Of a stretch of DNA of 64,000 bases, positions 23,893 to 37,049 are shown piece by piece. Below the pieces are notes generated by a model that was not told where the DNA came from, searched no databases, and was given only the letters and a program-made list of their open reading frames with translations. A program made the translations under genes and the position numbers. The stretch is from Leucoraja erinacea (taxonomy: Eukaryota). The stretch lies in NCBI RefSeq assembly GCF_028641065.1, contig NC_073399.1, positions 19,654,001 to 19,718,000 of the forward strand. The letters run 5' to 3'. How positions within the stretch are numbered: position 1 is the first letter of the stretch; the number at the start of each line of letters is the position of its first letter.

Positions 23893-25665
23893 GCAATTTG
23901 GCTTCTGATCTATTATTACTTTTCCCTTAATAGGATATGACATTTACAGGTTTGTTGTTATTTGCAAATATTGACTTGTTACTGTTTACACATATCCAAA
24001 TCATTATGTAAATGCTTATATCATTAAGTTGAATCGTTGACCAGACTATTTCTAACAGGCAGTGTCTCATTCTATTCCAGACCTCTGGGAGTTCCCCTTT
24101 GGTCATTTATTCAATGACATAGACGTCATCCTAGGTAATGTGGTTACTTTCCCAGTACCTATTTAAAAAAAATCTATTTTCACCTCATACATTCTCTTTA
24201 TTACCCCTGGCCCAACAGGAAAAGCTCAGAACATTTACTGCTGTTAACATAGACAAATAACGTCTTCACAAGCCTCCTAGAAAATCAAACCATTATCTGG
24301 AGTCACTCAGTTGAGTTTGTGGTACAATATGAAGAATGCAAGGGTAAGGACACTATTGCCAAACTGTATGAAATACTCAGGTTTCAGGCACATTACTTGA
24401 TGCTTCAGATTAATACACTAATAACATTGCCCAAGCAATTCATGGGGTGTAGCGGAGAGTTATGTGGAGTAATTATGGATGAAGTTTTGTTATGTGCAAA
24501 AATTGGTTAGGCTGTTGTTATATACGTCAGAACAGAAGAGGAAGACAAGTTGATTAGAAGGCCAGGGGCGCAACCAGGGGCCGTAAAATTAAATTACAGG
24601 ATTAAAGAAAAGGCCAGGAAAATAAAATTCACCCAAAGACAAGGCATCAAAACAGAAATTCACATTGTTTAAAAAAAAACCCCATTGCTGTGCTCTAACT
24701 GCTGTAATTTCCAATAATGGACAGCAAAATACCAGTTACTGGCATAGACAATATGAGCTAAATGGTCTCTTCTGTTGCATAAAAAGTAGTAAGTTTACTT
24801 CCACAATTATAAATACCCAACCATCCCTCGACCCACTTGTACTACTAGTGTAGATAACCCCTCCTCCTTAGAAGTTTAGAGCTGACCAACTCATGGAAAA
24901 GTACAGCACTGGAACAGGCCCATTTAGTCAATGAAATCTGCACGAACTAGGGTGCCAAATTAAACTCATCCCATCTGCCTGCACATGATCCATATCGCTC
25001 CATTTCATGCACGTTCATGTATCTGCCCAAATGCCGCTTTAATGTCCGTATCGTATCTTCTTCAACCTCCAAACCTTGGCCACACATTCCAGCCACCTCC
25101 CACTCTGTGCAAAAGATTAGCCTTGTGCATGTCCCTTAAATTCTCCCCACCTTAAAGCTATACCCTCTCGTATTATTATTATTATTATTATTACCCTTAT
25201 CCCCAGTATTATTAGTGCACGTAAACCCACCCCTCACACGTCTTTAGCATTGTCATTCCTGTGTTATTATTGTGGCAGCTCTTCACTTCTCCTCCATTGT
25301 AATTTGAGGCCACCTGTGCAATGGTGGAGGATGCCCTTCATTTCTCCTATATTAAGTATAGACAACACATATACTCTGCTGTATTATTATGGTAGACTGC
25401 CCATTACCAACTTGATTTATTACTGTGCCGAATCCCTTGCTGCCCCTGTATTGTTTCTGTAAGGAACACCTCACCAAACTGTACTATCAATATAAGGAAC
25501 CCCCATCTGTGTATCACTACTGTAAATGATCTCTTGCTACACTGTAACTGTAAGTTATAGCCCACCACACATGTATTATAGTCAGTAACTTTTTGCAATC
25601 CTGCATTATTTTGGTAACCAACCACCACTTCCGTATTATTGTCAGTAACCCCACCACCATCCCTG

Positions 25666-26037
25666 TACGATACAACTTTATTTATCCCAGGAGGTAAATT
25701 GATCTGCCAATAGACATAAATACACAAAATACATGAAACATGAAATTAAAGTGACAAGTGGAAAGGATTGGGGATGTGTAAAGATTGAGGGGGAGGGGGG
25801 GGGGGGGTCAGTCTCGGTCTACCCCATCACAGAAGGGGGAGGAGTTGTACAGTTTGATAACCACAGGGAAGAAGGATCTCCTGTGGCGTTCTGGCCTGCA
25901 TCTTGGTGGAACCAGTCTGTTGTTGAAGGTACTCCTCACGTTGACCAGTGTGTCATGGAGGGAGTGAGCTGTATTGTCCAGGATGCTCCGCAGTTTGTGG
26001 AGCATCCTCCCCTCCAGGACCAACTCCCAGGAATCCA
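25666..26037 (-). mobile_element. Rex1-type LINE 3' end
   Basis: KLRSILDNTAHSLH...RHRRSFFPVVIKLYN; AATAAA and a short TATCG tail. Confidence 0.8.
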
Positions 26038-26329
26038 ATTGTTATTGTAAGCATCTCCTCACCACTGCAACATTACTATTGCAAGAACCACCACCTAAGT
26101 ACCCCCATCCACAGCTGCAGTATTACTGCAAGGAACCCCTCCCACTCGTTTAATTACTGTCAGCAAACCCCTCCCCACCCTGTATCACCCCAGTAAGTAA
26201 CCCACTCACCACCCCCGTGTTACTGCAACCCCTCACAACCTGGCATCGTTGCTTTAAGTAACTCTGTGTAAAAAGTCAGTTAATCCTCACCGTCACTGTT
26301 ATTACTGTAGCCACTCAATTGCCGCTATA

Positions 26330-27200
26330 ATTATTGCTGTACCGAACCTCTCGCCGCACCTGTTTTATAAATGTTGGCAGCTCGTCGCCTCCCCGCTGTA
26401 ATTGCTGTTAATCTCTCTCCTCCCCTTCACTCGTGTTGTCATTATGAAGAACAAATACTCACTCAGCCAGGACTCCAGCGTCTCCCCGTCCGCTTCCGCC
26501 ATGTTGCCCGCGACATGGCCCAGACGTCGCGATATCACGGCACCAGTGCCCGCGAGAAGAGGGGAGGGGAGGGGAGCAAAGGAGGGGGAAGGGGGAGATG
26601 AGGGGGGAGAGAGAGATGAGGGGGGGGGGGAAATGAGGGGGGGGGAGATGAGGGGGGGGGGAGGGAAAGATGAGGGGGGAGGTGGGGAGAGATGAGGAGG
26701 GGAGGATGCGACAAGGGAGGGGGGCAAGGGGGGATGGAGGACAAAAGGGGAGGGGGAGGGGAGGGCATGGGGAGAGGGAAGAGAAAAAGAAAGAGATGGG
26801 GCAAGGGAGGAGTGAAGAAGGAGGAGCTGAGAGGAAGAGAGATGGTATGGGGATTGAATAGAAGAGGAAAGGGGTAAAGGTGAGTAAGGAATGAGGCAGC
26901 AGGGCAATGTGATGGAAAGGTGGAGAGGGTGGAAGTATGGAGATAGTAAAGTGGGAGGGGTGTGGAGGAGGAGGGTGAGTTGGAGGGGGTGTGGAGGAAG
27001 AAGAACAGTGGGAGTGGGTGTGGGGGAGCAAGGAGAGTGGTGCGTTACGGGATGTGGAGGGTGAAATGGATTGGGAGTTCGAGTGGGTGGAGAGGTCTGA
27101 GGGACGGGATCTTGATGCGAACGAGGGAGAGTTGTAGGAAAATGAAGGTGAGGGTCTCGGGGAGGTGCAGGGACTGCTGTTGGATAGAGTGGATAGGGGA
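26330..27200. promoter_or_regulatory. GGA3 promoter region: small CpG cluster plus long polypurine (G/A) tract
   Basis: CpGs at 26340-26555 around the ATG; 26555-27200 is strongly purine-rich on + with many G-runs. Confidence 0.55.
26463..26502 (-). CDS. GGA3: GGA3 coding exon 1 (MAEADGETLESWL)
   Basis: ATG at 26502 in context AACATGG; matches recalled human GGA3 start MAEAEGESLESWL; 40 nt, donor GTGAGT. Confidence 0.95.
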
Positions 27201-28373
27201 AGCAATCCATGGCATGATGGCTGTTACAGCAAGCAATTAGTAGTTTCTGTGTGAGTTTCACTCCACATTAGTTCTGAAGTTCTGGTTAGTTAGTTCTGGT
27301 TGCAGCAAAGAGGGTTGCCTTTGTATTTCAATGTTGGATTGTGGCCAACAGGCCTGCGTGGTATTGAACATCAAGTTCTTACCTGAAATTGCGGTTGAGC
27401 ATGTGGAAAGCTGAAGCAGTGCTTGACAGCTTTTGGTCTAAATATCCAGTCCACAAAATGGCTTTCTCAAGAATATTCTGTGAGCCTTTTTTTCAACCTC
27501 CTGACGTTTAGGAAGTTGAGAATGAAAGTTCAACCAATATCTCCAGGATATAGAAGCCTCGTGCATGATTAAGGGGGGAAGATTAAAAATGTAAAAGAGA
27601 AGCGAGCATTCACATTGATCAGGAACATCATGGTAGAACTCAAAGAGGAGAGAGTTGTAGAACAGTTCCCTCTGCTCACCTTGACTCTGCTGACCATCAT
27701 GCCTATCTATACTAACCTCACCTTCCTATTTTAATTCCACCTCCTCTACACCTTGCTCAAGAAGCTTTCCATGTTACTGCGCTCCTGACTACCACCTATT
27801 CCTCGCTGAGGCCTCTTATGACACTATAACTCAGAGAGTGAGGCAGTGTCTGTGGAGGGGAAATAAGTTTTTTTAATTTAATAAAGTCTTGGCCATGCCT
27901 CAGCTCTCCTTTAGCCTGACTTGCCAGATCCAAGTTGTCCAAACAGGTAAAGTACCCGAACTCCAGGAGGGAGATTTGTTGAAGTGGTCCTGGGCCATGA
28001 CTGATCCTTACTGGAACTAAATGTAAAATTAGTTGTGGAGTTTTCATACAACATTTGGCGTCACCGAGTTTGGCAGGCACAGGAGAAGCTAATACACATT
28101 TCTATTGTTTCAGGCTGAACTGGAATCTCAGAGGCAGTGCCCTCAGTGGGAGAGGGCAGTGATGGGACCTGCTTGGAGTTCCTATCCCACAGTACACACA
28201 GCTGCATGAGTTAGGCATGGGATCAGTTCAGCAAAAGGTATTCCAGAGCCTCATATGTTATGGAAAGGGGAGTGACAAGATAGTAACTGCCTTGATCATT
28301 ATTTCCTTGACTTGACACTTGGATTATTCACAAGTGCATGACAAACGCATGGTGGGCTGTTCTGGAAGGTCGG

Positions 28374-30031
28374 GTCAAAGGGGTGGAGGAATTGAGTGAA
28401 ATCCAGTTAGTCGGGAAGTGGTGTTGGGTAAATTGAATGGATTAAAGGCCGATAAATCCCCAGGGCCAGATAGGCTGCATCCCAGAGTACTTAAGGAAGT
28501 AGCTCCAGAAATAGTGGATGCATTAGTAATAATCTTTCAAAACTCTTTAGATTCTGAGTAGTTCCAGAGGATTGGCGGGTAGCAAACGTAACCCCACTTT
28601 TTAAGAAGGGAGGGAGAGAGAAAACGGGGAATTACAGACCAGTTAGCCTAACATCGGTAGTGGGGAAACTGCTAGAGTCAGTTATTAAAGATGGGATAGC
28701 AGCACATTTGGAAAGTGGTGAAATCATTGGACAAAGTCAGCATGGATTTACGAAAGGTAAATCATGTCTGACGAATCTTATAGAATTTTTCGAGGAGGTA
28801 ACTAGTAGCGTGGATAGGGGAGAACCAGTGGATGTGGTGTATCTGGACTTCCAGAAGGCTTTCGACAAGGTCCCACATAAGAGATTAGTATACAAACTTA
28901 AAGCACATGGCATTGGGGGTTCAGTATTGATGTGGATAGAGAACTGGCTGGCAAACAGGAAGCAAAGAGTAGGAGTAAACGGGTCCTTTTCACAATGGCA
29001 GGCAGTGACTAGTGGGGTACCGCAGGGCTCAGTACTGGGACCCCAGCTATTTACAATATATATTAATGATCTGGATGAGGGAATTGAAGGCAATATCTCC
29101 AAGTTTGCGGATGACACTAAGCTGGGGGGCAGTGTTAGGTGTGAGGAGGATGCTAGGAGACTGCAAGGTGACTTGGATAGGCTGGGTGAGTGGGCAAATG
29201 TTTGGCAGATGCAGTTTAATGTGGATAAATGTGAGGTTATCCATTTTGGTGGCAAAAAGGAAAGCAGACTATTACCTAAATGGTGGCCGATTGGGAAAGG
29301 GGGAGATGCAGCGAGACCTGGGTGTCATGGTACACCAGTCATTGAAGGTAGGCATGCAGGTGCAGCAGGCAGTAAAGAAAGCGAATGGCATGTTGGCTTT
29401 CATAGCAAGAGGATTTGAGTATGAGCAGGGAGGTTCTACTGCAGTTGTGTAGGGTCTTGGTGAGACCACACCTGGAGTATTGCGTACAGTTTTGGTCTCC
29501 AAATCTGAGGAAGGACATTATTGCCATAGAGGGAGTGCAGAGACGGTTCACCAGACTGATTCCTGGGATGTCAGGACTGTCTATGAAGAAAGACTGGATA
29601 GACTTGGTTTATACTCTCTCTAGAATTTAGGAGATTGAGAGGGGATCTTATATAGAAACTTACAAAATTCTTAAGGGGTTGGACAGGCTAGATGCAGGAA
29701 GATTGTTCCCGATGTTGGGGAAGTCCAGGACAAGGGGTCACAGCTTAAGGTTAAGGGGGAAATCCTTTAAAACCGAGAGGAGGAGAACTTTTTTCACACA
29801 GAGAGTGGTGAATCTCTGGAACTCTCTGCCACAGAGGGTAGTTGAGGTCAGTTCATTGGCTATATTTAAGAGGGAGTTAGATGTGGCCCTTGTGGCCAAG
29901 GGGATCAGAGGGTATGGAGAGAAGGCAGGTACGGGATACTGAGTTGATGATCAGCCATGATCATATTAAATGGCGGTGCAGGCTCGAAGGGCCGAATGGC
30001 CTACTCCTGCACCTAATTTCTATGTTTCTAT
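28374..30031 (+). mobile_element. 5'-truncated young CR1 (RT to 3' tail) nested in an older CR1
   Basis: Near-identical to 43307-44960; GTCGG on both sides. Confidence 0.93.
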
Positions 30032-30865
30032 GTCGGATCGCATGGGATCCAAGGAGAGATAGCTGAATGGTTAGCGAATTGGCTTCTTGGAAGGAAGCAG
30101 AGGGTGATGGTGGAAGGTTGCTTCATGGACTGGAGGCCTGTGACTAGTAGTGTGCCTCAGGGTTCGATGTTCTGTCCGTTACTGTTTGCCATCTACATCA
30201 ATGATTTGGATGAGAACATACAGGGCAAGATTAGCAAGTTTGCTGAGGATACAAAAGTGGGTGGTTTTGCAGATAGTGAAGATGGTTGTGAAAGATTGCA
30301 GCAGGATCTTGATCGATTGACCAGGTGGGCTGAGGAATGGTTGATGGAATTTAATACAGAGAAATGTGAGGTGTTGCATTTTGGGATGTCAAACAAGGGC
30401 AGGACCTACACAGTGAATGGTAGGCCTCTAAGGAGTGTTGTAGAGCAGAAGGATCTAGGAGTGCAGGTGCATGGTTCCTTGAAGGTCGCATTGCAGGTAG
30501 ATAAGGTGGTCAAAAAGGCTTTTGGCACATTGGCCATCATCAGTCAGTGTATTGAGTATAGAAGTTGGAAGGCCATGTTGCAGTTGTATAAGACGTTGGT
30601 GAGACTGCATTTAGAGTATTGTGTTCAGTTCTGGGCACCATGTTATAGGAAAGATATTGTCAAGCTAGAGTTCAGAGAAGATTTACGAGGATGTTGCCAG
30701 GACTAGAAGGTCTGAGCTCTCGGAAGTCCTTGTGTAGGCTGGGTCTCTATTCCTTGGAGTGCAGGAGGATGAGGGATTATCTTATAGAGGTGTATAAGAT
30801 CATGAGAGGAATAAATCGGGTAGATGCACAGAATCTCTTACCCAGAGTAGGGGAATTGAGGACGA
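30032..30865 (+). mobile_element. Older CR1 subfamily RT fragment (host of the 28374 insertion; left remnant about 28320-28373)
   Basis: VPQGSMFCPLLFAIYINDLD...KFAED...YCVQFW. Confidence 0.9.
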
Positions 30866-30866
30866 A

Positions 30867-31051
30867 CAGTACCCTCCATAATGTTTGGGACAAAGACCTA
30901 TCATTTATTTATTTGCCTCTGTACTCCACAATTTGAGATTTGTAATAGAAAAAAATACATGTGGTTAAAGTGCACATTGTCAGATTTTAATAAAGGTCAT
31001 TTTTATGCATTTTGGTTTCACCATGTAGAAATTACAGCAGTGTTTATACAT
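30867..31051 (+). mobile_element. Tc1/mariner-like terminal fragment
   Basis: Begins CAGTACCCTCCATAATGTTTGGGAC, AT-rich and TIR-like; no partner end found. Confidence 0.5.
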
Positions 31052-31675
31052 ACGTCCTGGGGCTCCAGTCACGGAGCTGCGGAGCTACTCACCATCACGG
31101 AGCTGGCCGAGTCCGGAGCGGGAGGAGCGGTGGTGGCGCGCTGCTGCGACCCGACCCTCGGAGATTCGGAGGCTTACCGCAGGTCTGGTGGACAGTGACA
31201 CCGGGAGCCCGCGGGTCCCTGCTGGGAGACCGCTTTTCGGGGCTTCCGCAACGGCGACTTCTCCCGCCCGAGTAGCGGGGTCGAGGATGACCTGGAGCGG
31301 GGCCTTACATCATCGCCCGGCGTGGCTTCAACGGCTGCGGGACTTTGGCAGCGCCCGCCCGGGGGCTCCAACAAGACCCGGAGCGCGGCCTTGCATCACC
31401 CGGCGCGGAGTTAATGGCCGCGGGACAATTGTTATCGCCCGCCGGGGGCTCTGACTTTGACTGACATCGGGGGGAGAGGGAAGTGCAGGGGAGAGATACG
31501 TTTTTTTTGCATTCCATCACAGCGAGGTGGAGATGCGCTGTGATGGATGTCTGTGTAAATTGTGTTGTGTCTTGGGTCTTTTTTTTTTCTTGTATGTATG
31601 ACTGCAGAAAACAACATTTCACTTGAGCCTCTATGAGGTTCAAGTGACAATTAAATTGTATTGTATTGTATTGTA
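31052..31675 (+). mobile_element. GC/CpG-rich non-autonomous retroelement with Rex1-like hairpin tail and (ATTGT)n end
   Basis: Shares GGGGGCTCTGACTTTGAC...CCATCACAGC...GTGATGGATG with 47850-48097; internal repeat GGAGCG.GGCCTT.CATC. Confidence 0.7.
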
Positions 31676-32149
31676 GTCCCCCGCAGTTCCTTTTGGACAC
31701 TACAATTGTGCCTGCCTCAATTACTGCCCCAGTAATGCATTCAGACTTGAATCACAGGCTGTGTACAAAAGCTGTGTCTCATGTCATAGAATGATACAGC
31801 ATGAAATGGCCCAACTTGTCCACCTTTGTGGTACCATTGGCACTCTTCTGTATTAATCCCATCTCACAGCACTTGGTCCATGACCTTCATCGCCAAGCCG
31901 ATTCTGGTAGTCAAGTAGTTAACTAGCACAACTTAAATGCTGTCAGTGACCTAACTTTAATCACTCTCTCAGGCAATACATTCCAGGCACTTACAACTCT
32001 CTGGATGAAGAAGGTCTCCCTCATATCCCTCTAAATCTTTTACCACATCCTAACCTAATTATCATGCCTCCCATATCCATATTCATGTTATATGTGAATA
32101 TTACAAACATCAATGATCCCAACAGTGTAACCACAGGCATTCAATTACA

Positions 32150-32683
32150 GAATTCCTGAGGAGACTGAAGAAGGTCCATCTGTCTGCTCAGATCCTGGTG
32201 AACTTCTACCGCTGCACCATCGAGAGCATCCTTACCAACTGCATCACAGTATGGTATGGCAACTGCTCTGTCTCCGACCGGAAGGCATTGCAGAGGGTGG
32301 TGAAAATTGCCCAACGCATCACCGGTTCCTTGCTCCCCTCCATTGAGTCTGTCCAAAGCAAGCGCTGTCTGCGGAGGGCGCTCAGCATCGCCAAGGACTG
32401 CTCTCACCCCAACCATGGACTGTTTACCCTCCTACCATCCGGGAGGCGCTACAGGTCTCTCCGTTGCCGAACCAGCAGGTCGAGGAACTGCTTCTTTCCG
32501 GCGGCTGTCACTCTACTCAACAACGTACCTCGGTGACTGCCAATCACCCCCCCCGGACACTTATTATTATTTATTCAAATCGTTTGCTATGTCGCTCTTC
32601 AAGGGAGATGCTAAATGCATTTCGTTGTCTCTGTACTGTACACTGACAATGGCAATTTAAATTGAATCTGAATCTGAATCTGA
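32150..32683 (+). mobile_element. Rex1/Babar-type LINE 3' end
   Basis: NFYRCTIESILTNCITVWYGNCS...LLPSGRRYRS; (CTGAAT)n tail. Confidence 0.85.
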
Positions 32684-33603
32684 AACAACCATTTACCAAC
32701 ACTCTCTGTCTCCTATTGTCAAGCCAATCCTGGAAGCAGTTTGCCAGCTTACCTTGGATACCATGGGTCCATCGTGTCCCCTCATCCCACTGCTCACATC
32801 TGCTCACTCCCCCCTCCCCACTTATTTAGTTACAAAGTCCATCTTCCTTTCCCATTGGATTCCAACATGTTCAGCCCCAGGTAACCTCCACTTACCACAT
32901 ACCAACCTCTATTGTTATTTTTACTCCTTTCTCTCACCTGACACCATCTACCACACCTCACCTGGATCTATAAACCACGTGGCAGCTCTTTCCCCAGCCT
33001 CTTCACCTCTTTGTACTGGCTACCTTCACACCATTTGGAAAAAACCTTGTCAGATTACTAAAGTCCATAACAATTACATCTAATGCCCTGCCCTCATTGA
33101 TACATTTTGTTACCTCTTCAAAGAATTCAATCAAAATGGACAGACCTGGTTTGCTCTAGACAAAGCCTTTCTCGCTGTCTTTGATTAGTTTCAGTCTAAC
33201 CAATTTCCCGGCATCTTCTTCACCACCGATGTTAGGCTCACAGGTCTATAATTAACAACTGTTTCCCTGCTGCCTTACTTGAAAAGAAGGACTATGTATG
33301 CTGTCCTCCATTCACTTATGTCTAATGAAAAGATTTTAAAATACAGCCTGAGCTCTACTAATCTCTCCCCTTGCATTCCATAGCAACAGCATAATCCCAC
33401 CCAATCTGGCTTTAAGCCTGCCAAGACATTGAGTACCTCCTCTTTATTTATGATGAACTACACTTGACTTTCACCTTTCCCCTCACTATATGTTTGTTTC
33501 TTTTGTAAATGCCGATGTAAAATATTAATTGAGGACCACGCCTATACTTTCTGGCACCATGCACTGTGTGCCTGTTGCCCCTAATGGCCCCTTCCCTTTC
33601 TGG

Positions 33604-33846
33604 TGTAAGAAAGAACTGCAGATGCTGGTTTAAATCGAAGGTGGACACAAAATGCTGGAGTAACTCAGCGGGACAGGCAGCATCTCTGGAGAGAAGGAAT
33701 GGGGGACATTTCGGGTCGAGACCCTTCTTCAGACTGATGTCAGGGGAGTGGGCGGGGCAGAGATAGAATGTAGTCGGAGACAGTAAGAATGGTGGGAGAA
33801 CTGGGATGAGGGAGGGGGTAGAGAGAGAAAGCAAGGGCTAGCTGAG
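33604..33846 (-). mobile_element. Penelope-like 3' end with hammerhead-like motif
   Basis: Minus-strand CTGAAGAAGGGTCTCGACCCGAAATGTC at 33705-33732. Confidence 0.8.
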
Positions 33847-34937
33847 TTTTTTTTTATTTGGGATTTCTGCAACCTTGTGAGGAAATAAGGGCTTTGATGT
33901 GCTTTCTTGGCTGTAGCATTAATGTGGTTGACCAGGGCAAATTATTGGTGATATTTACGGCCCTCAACAGCCTCCACTTCAGCATCATTGATGCAGACTG
34001 GGGCAGGTACACCACCCCACTCCCTAAAGTTGACGACTAGCTTCTTCATTTTGCTGACATTGAAGGAGAGGTTGTGGTCTTGACACTGGCGTGGACCAGT
34101 TGTGGCGTGAGGCTAATGGAAATGGATCGAGGCTGTCTGGGAGAATATTGTTGATGTGCGCTATGACCGGCTCTTGACAACAGGTTTAAAATCAATTGGG
34201 AAAATGGGCCAAGGAATGGCAAATGTAATTTAACTTTGAAAAGTGTGAGGTGTTGCACTTAGCTATGTCAAACCAGAGTAGGGCTTACACAGTAAATGGC
34301 AGAGGCCTGGAGAGTATTATAGAACAGAAATCTGGGAGTATGGGTTCATGGTTCCTTTAAAGTGGCGAGTTTGGTGGACAAGGCGGTGAAGAAAGCATTT
34401 GGCACACTTGCCTTCTTTGTGAAGAGTATTGAGTAACAGGTTAGGAAGACAATGATACATCTGTACAAGTTGCTGCTGAAACCATATTTGGAATGCTATA
34501 TGCAGTACTGATGGCCAAGCTGAAGGAGGGGTGTCATAAAGTTGGTAAGGATGCAGAAAGGATTCACCAGAATGTTACCTGCACTTGCTGCCTTCAGTTA
34601 TAAGGCAAGGCTAGATATGCAGGGATAGACGCAAAATGATCTTATGATCAATGGTTCTGTGTTTGTAGGATCACAACGACTATCACAGGACCCCCATATC
34701 CCACGGCACACAGATTTCCATCTGTTCTTTCAACACAGAACACTGTAATTTGGAAGGATCACTAGTTAATTTTGATTTTTCCACAAACTGAGGAGTTAGA
34801 CCAGAATGTGGTCTGGGGTTATGGGAAGGCAGGTGAATGGGGTTAAGAGGGAAAGATAGAGCAGCCATGATTGAATGGTGGAGTAGACTTGATGGGCCGA
34901 ATGGCCTAATTGTGCTTTTACCACTTATTAACTTATG

Positions 34938-35398
34938 AAATGCTGGAGTAACTCAGCGGGACAGGCAGCATCTCTGGAGAGAATGAATGGATGAAATTTC
35001 GGGTCGAAACCCTTCTTCCGACTGAGAGTCTGGGGAGAGGGGGACTAGAGATATGGATGGATATGGTGTGAAAATGACAGATCAAAGCAGACGATGTTCA
35101 AGTAAATGTAGAATGGTTTATTGTTAACTGGGGGAGAAGGTGACAACGAGGCATACAATCAGAAAAATTAATCAGGACAGGGAAACTAGTCGGACAACTA
35201 GGGTGGGGGAAGGAGAAAGAGAGAAGGAAAGCAAGGGTTACTTGGAGTTAGAGAAATCAATATTCATACTGCTGGGTTGTAAGCTGCCAAAACGAAATAT
35301 AAGATGCTGTCCCACCGATTTGCATTGGGCCTCACTCTGACAGTGGAGGAGACCAGTAAGTCAGTATGGGAATGGGAGGGAGAGCTAATGTGTTTAGC
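34938..35398 (-). mobile_element. Penelope-like 3' end (endonuclease C-terminus plus module)
   Basis: LLHCQSEAQCK...HLIFRFGSLQPSSMNIDFSN on the minus strand; degenerate motif at 34993-35020. Confidence 0.8.
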
Positions 35399-37049
35399 GT
35401 CTTTACAAAGCTTCTCCGGGTGAAATGCCTTTAGAATATTTTTGGATTTGCTTGTATTTTTGCTGACCATTTCCTCACATTGTCTCCATTTCTTTTACTT
35501 CACGTGGAACCAGAAATCAGCCTCAATTTCAGTTTCATTAAACTGACTGCCTATTGTACTGTCTTTCACGTTGATTATACGTGGAGCCCTATCATTAATT
35601 TCCTTTCCCATGGTTATTCTAACCAGTTGCTAGTCGATGATTCCAATTTCCTAGGTTCCCATCCTCCGATATTTGCTCCACTTGACTTGGCTTGTTTCTA
35701 GAACCAGGCAACACAACCTCCCTTTAATGTACTTATCAAGAAAGTTTAACTGAACCCACTTCAGCAACTCATCTTCCTCTTTGGCCCTTACGTAATTGGT
35801 TCCCCAATCTACATTTGGACACTTGAAGACTCTCAATTTCAATTCTCTACACTTCTTGTACATCTTTGCAATTTTCCTGCAAATGTCTCCTCAATATCCT
35901 TTGCATCACCCTGCAACTCCACACCAGTCCCAGAAGTCTCGGGTGATCTCTGGTCGGCACGGACTCGGTGGGCCGAAGGGCCTGTTTCCTCGCTGTATCG
36001 CTTAACTAAACTAAACTAAACCAAAAGTAATCACAATGTTTATTTTTTCTCTAAATTCAAACAGAGATTCTAGCTTACTCATTCCAAGGCATCCCTCTCC
36101 TCAATTCTAAAATATTCATCTCCATTCTTCCCTATTGTCATTGAACGCCTTATGTCCAGGAATATTGAAAAACCATTCCGAATCCCTTTTCAAGACAGGT
36201 CTCGGCCGTTGCCATGACATCCTAATCCTAACTGGTGAACTGCGCCGCTGCTCACTAATCTCTTTTAATACGCTTCTTGCATTTATTTACAGTCTTAGAG
36301 CCTGTATTCTTAGTCTGGTTCTGTCTAAAATTGTTATTACTTGTTCTGATGTTATTTTTCTCCTAATCCATGCATTTTTACTCCTATCTAATGCAACTTA
36401 TTTTGCTCAATGTGCTCAAATTAGTTTAAATTCCGCCCCCTTCCCTCCCCCGGCTCCTTTCACAAGAATAGTTAATGCATTTTGAACAGTTCCCACTGCA
36501 CCAAGTAAGCGGCAGCACATGCAGGACGATAGTGAAGATAAACTACCCCACTTTTTTGTTTACTTTAATTGATTGAAAAAAAGATTTTAGCTCTGCTTTG
36601 AACTTTGCAAGTTTAAAAAAAATAATTATGCAGTCTAAATAAAACGGGATGCTTGCGTTCCAGTTATTGCATTTTCAGTAATTGTTCCTGAAACTTGTAC
36701 TTGGCACAGCCGCAGTTTGCTCCAAATCAATATTCCGGACAGGTAAATCACGGGTTGCTGGGCAACCGTGACTGGGCTTTGTAAATATTCGGCATTTTAC
36801 AGCTAAACTATTAACATATGGCATTTAAAATATATAAAACTTGACATTTATTAAGCGAAACACAGTTTTAAATGCATCGAACGAATTTATGACGAGAAGC
36901 AGCTTCTTTCGCTTATCAACAAAGTGCTATAAATATTAATCAGGGAAGGGGCCGCCCTCTTGCCATACTAGAGGCTGGTTGGATGATTGTGGGGATTAAC
37001 CTGTGGTCATGTTCCCTCAGCCTACACTGATAGGAGGGCAGAGCTTTCA

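Noticed and set aside
26365-27261. 298-aa Pro/Ser/Leu-rich ORF running into the GGA3 start
   Set aside because: Low-complexity pyrimidine tract lacking stops; only the part from MAEADG is homologous to GGA3.
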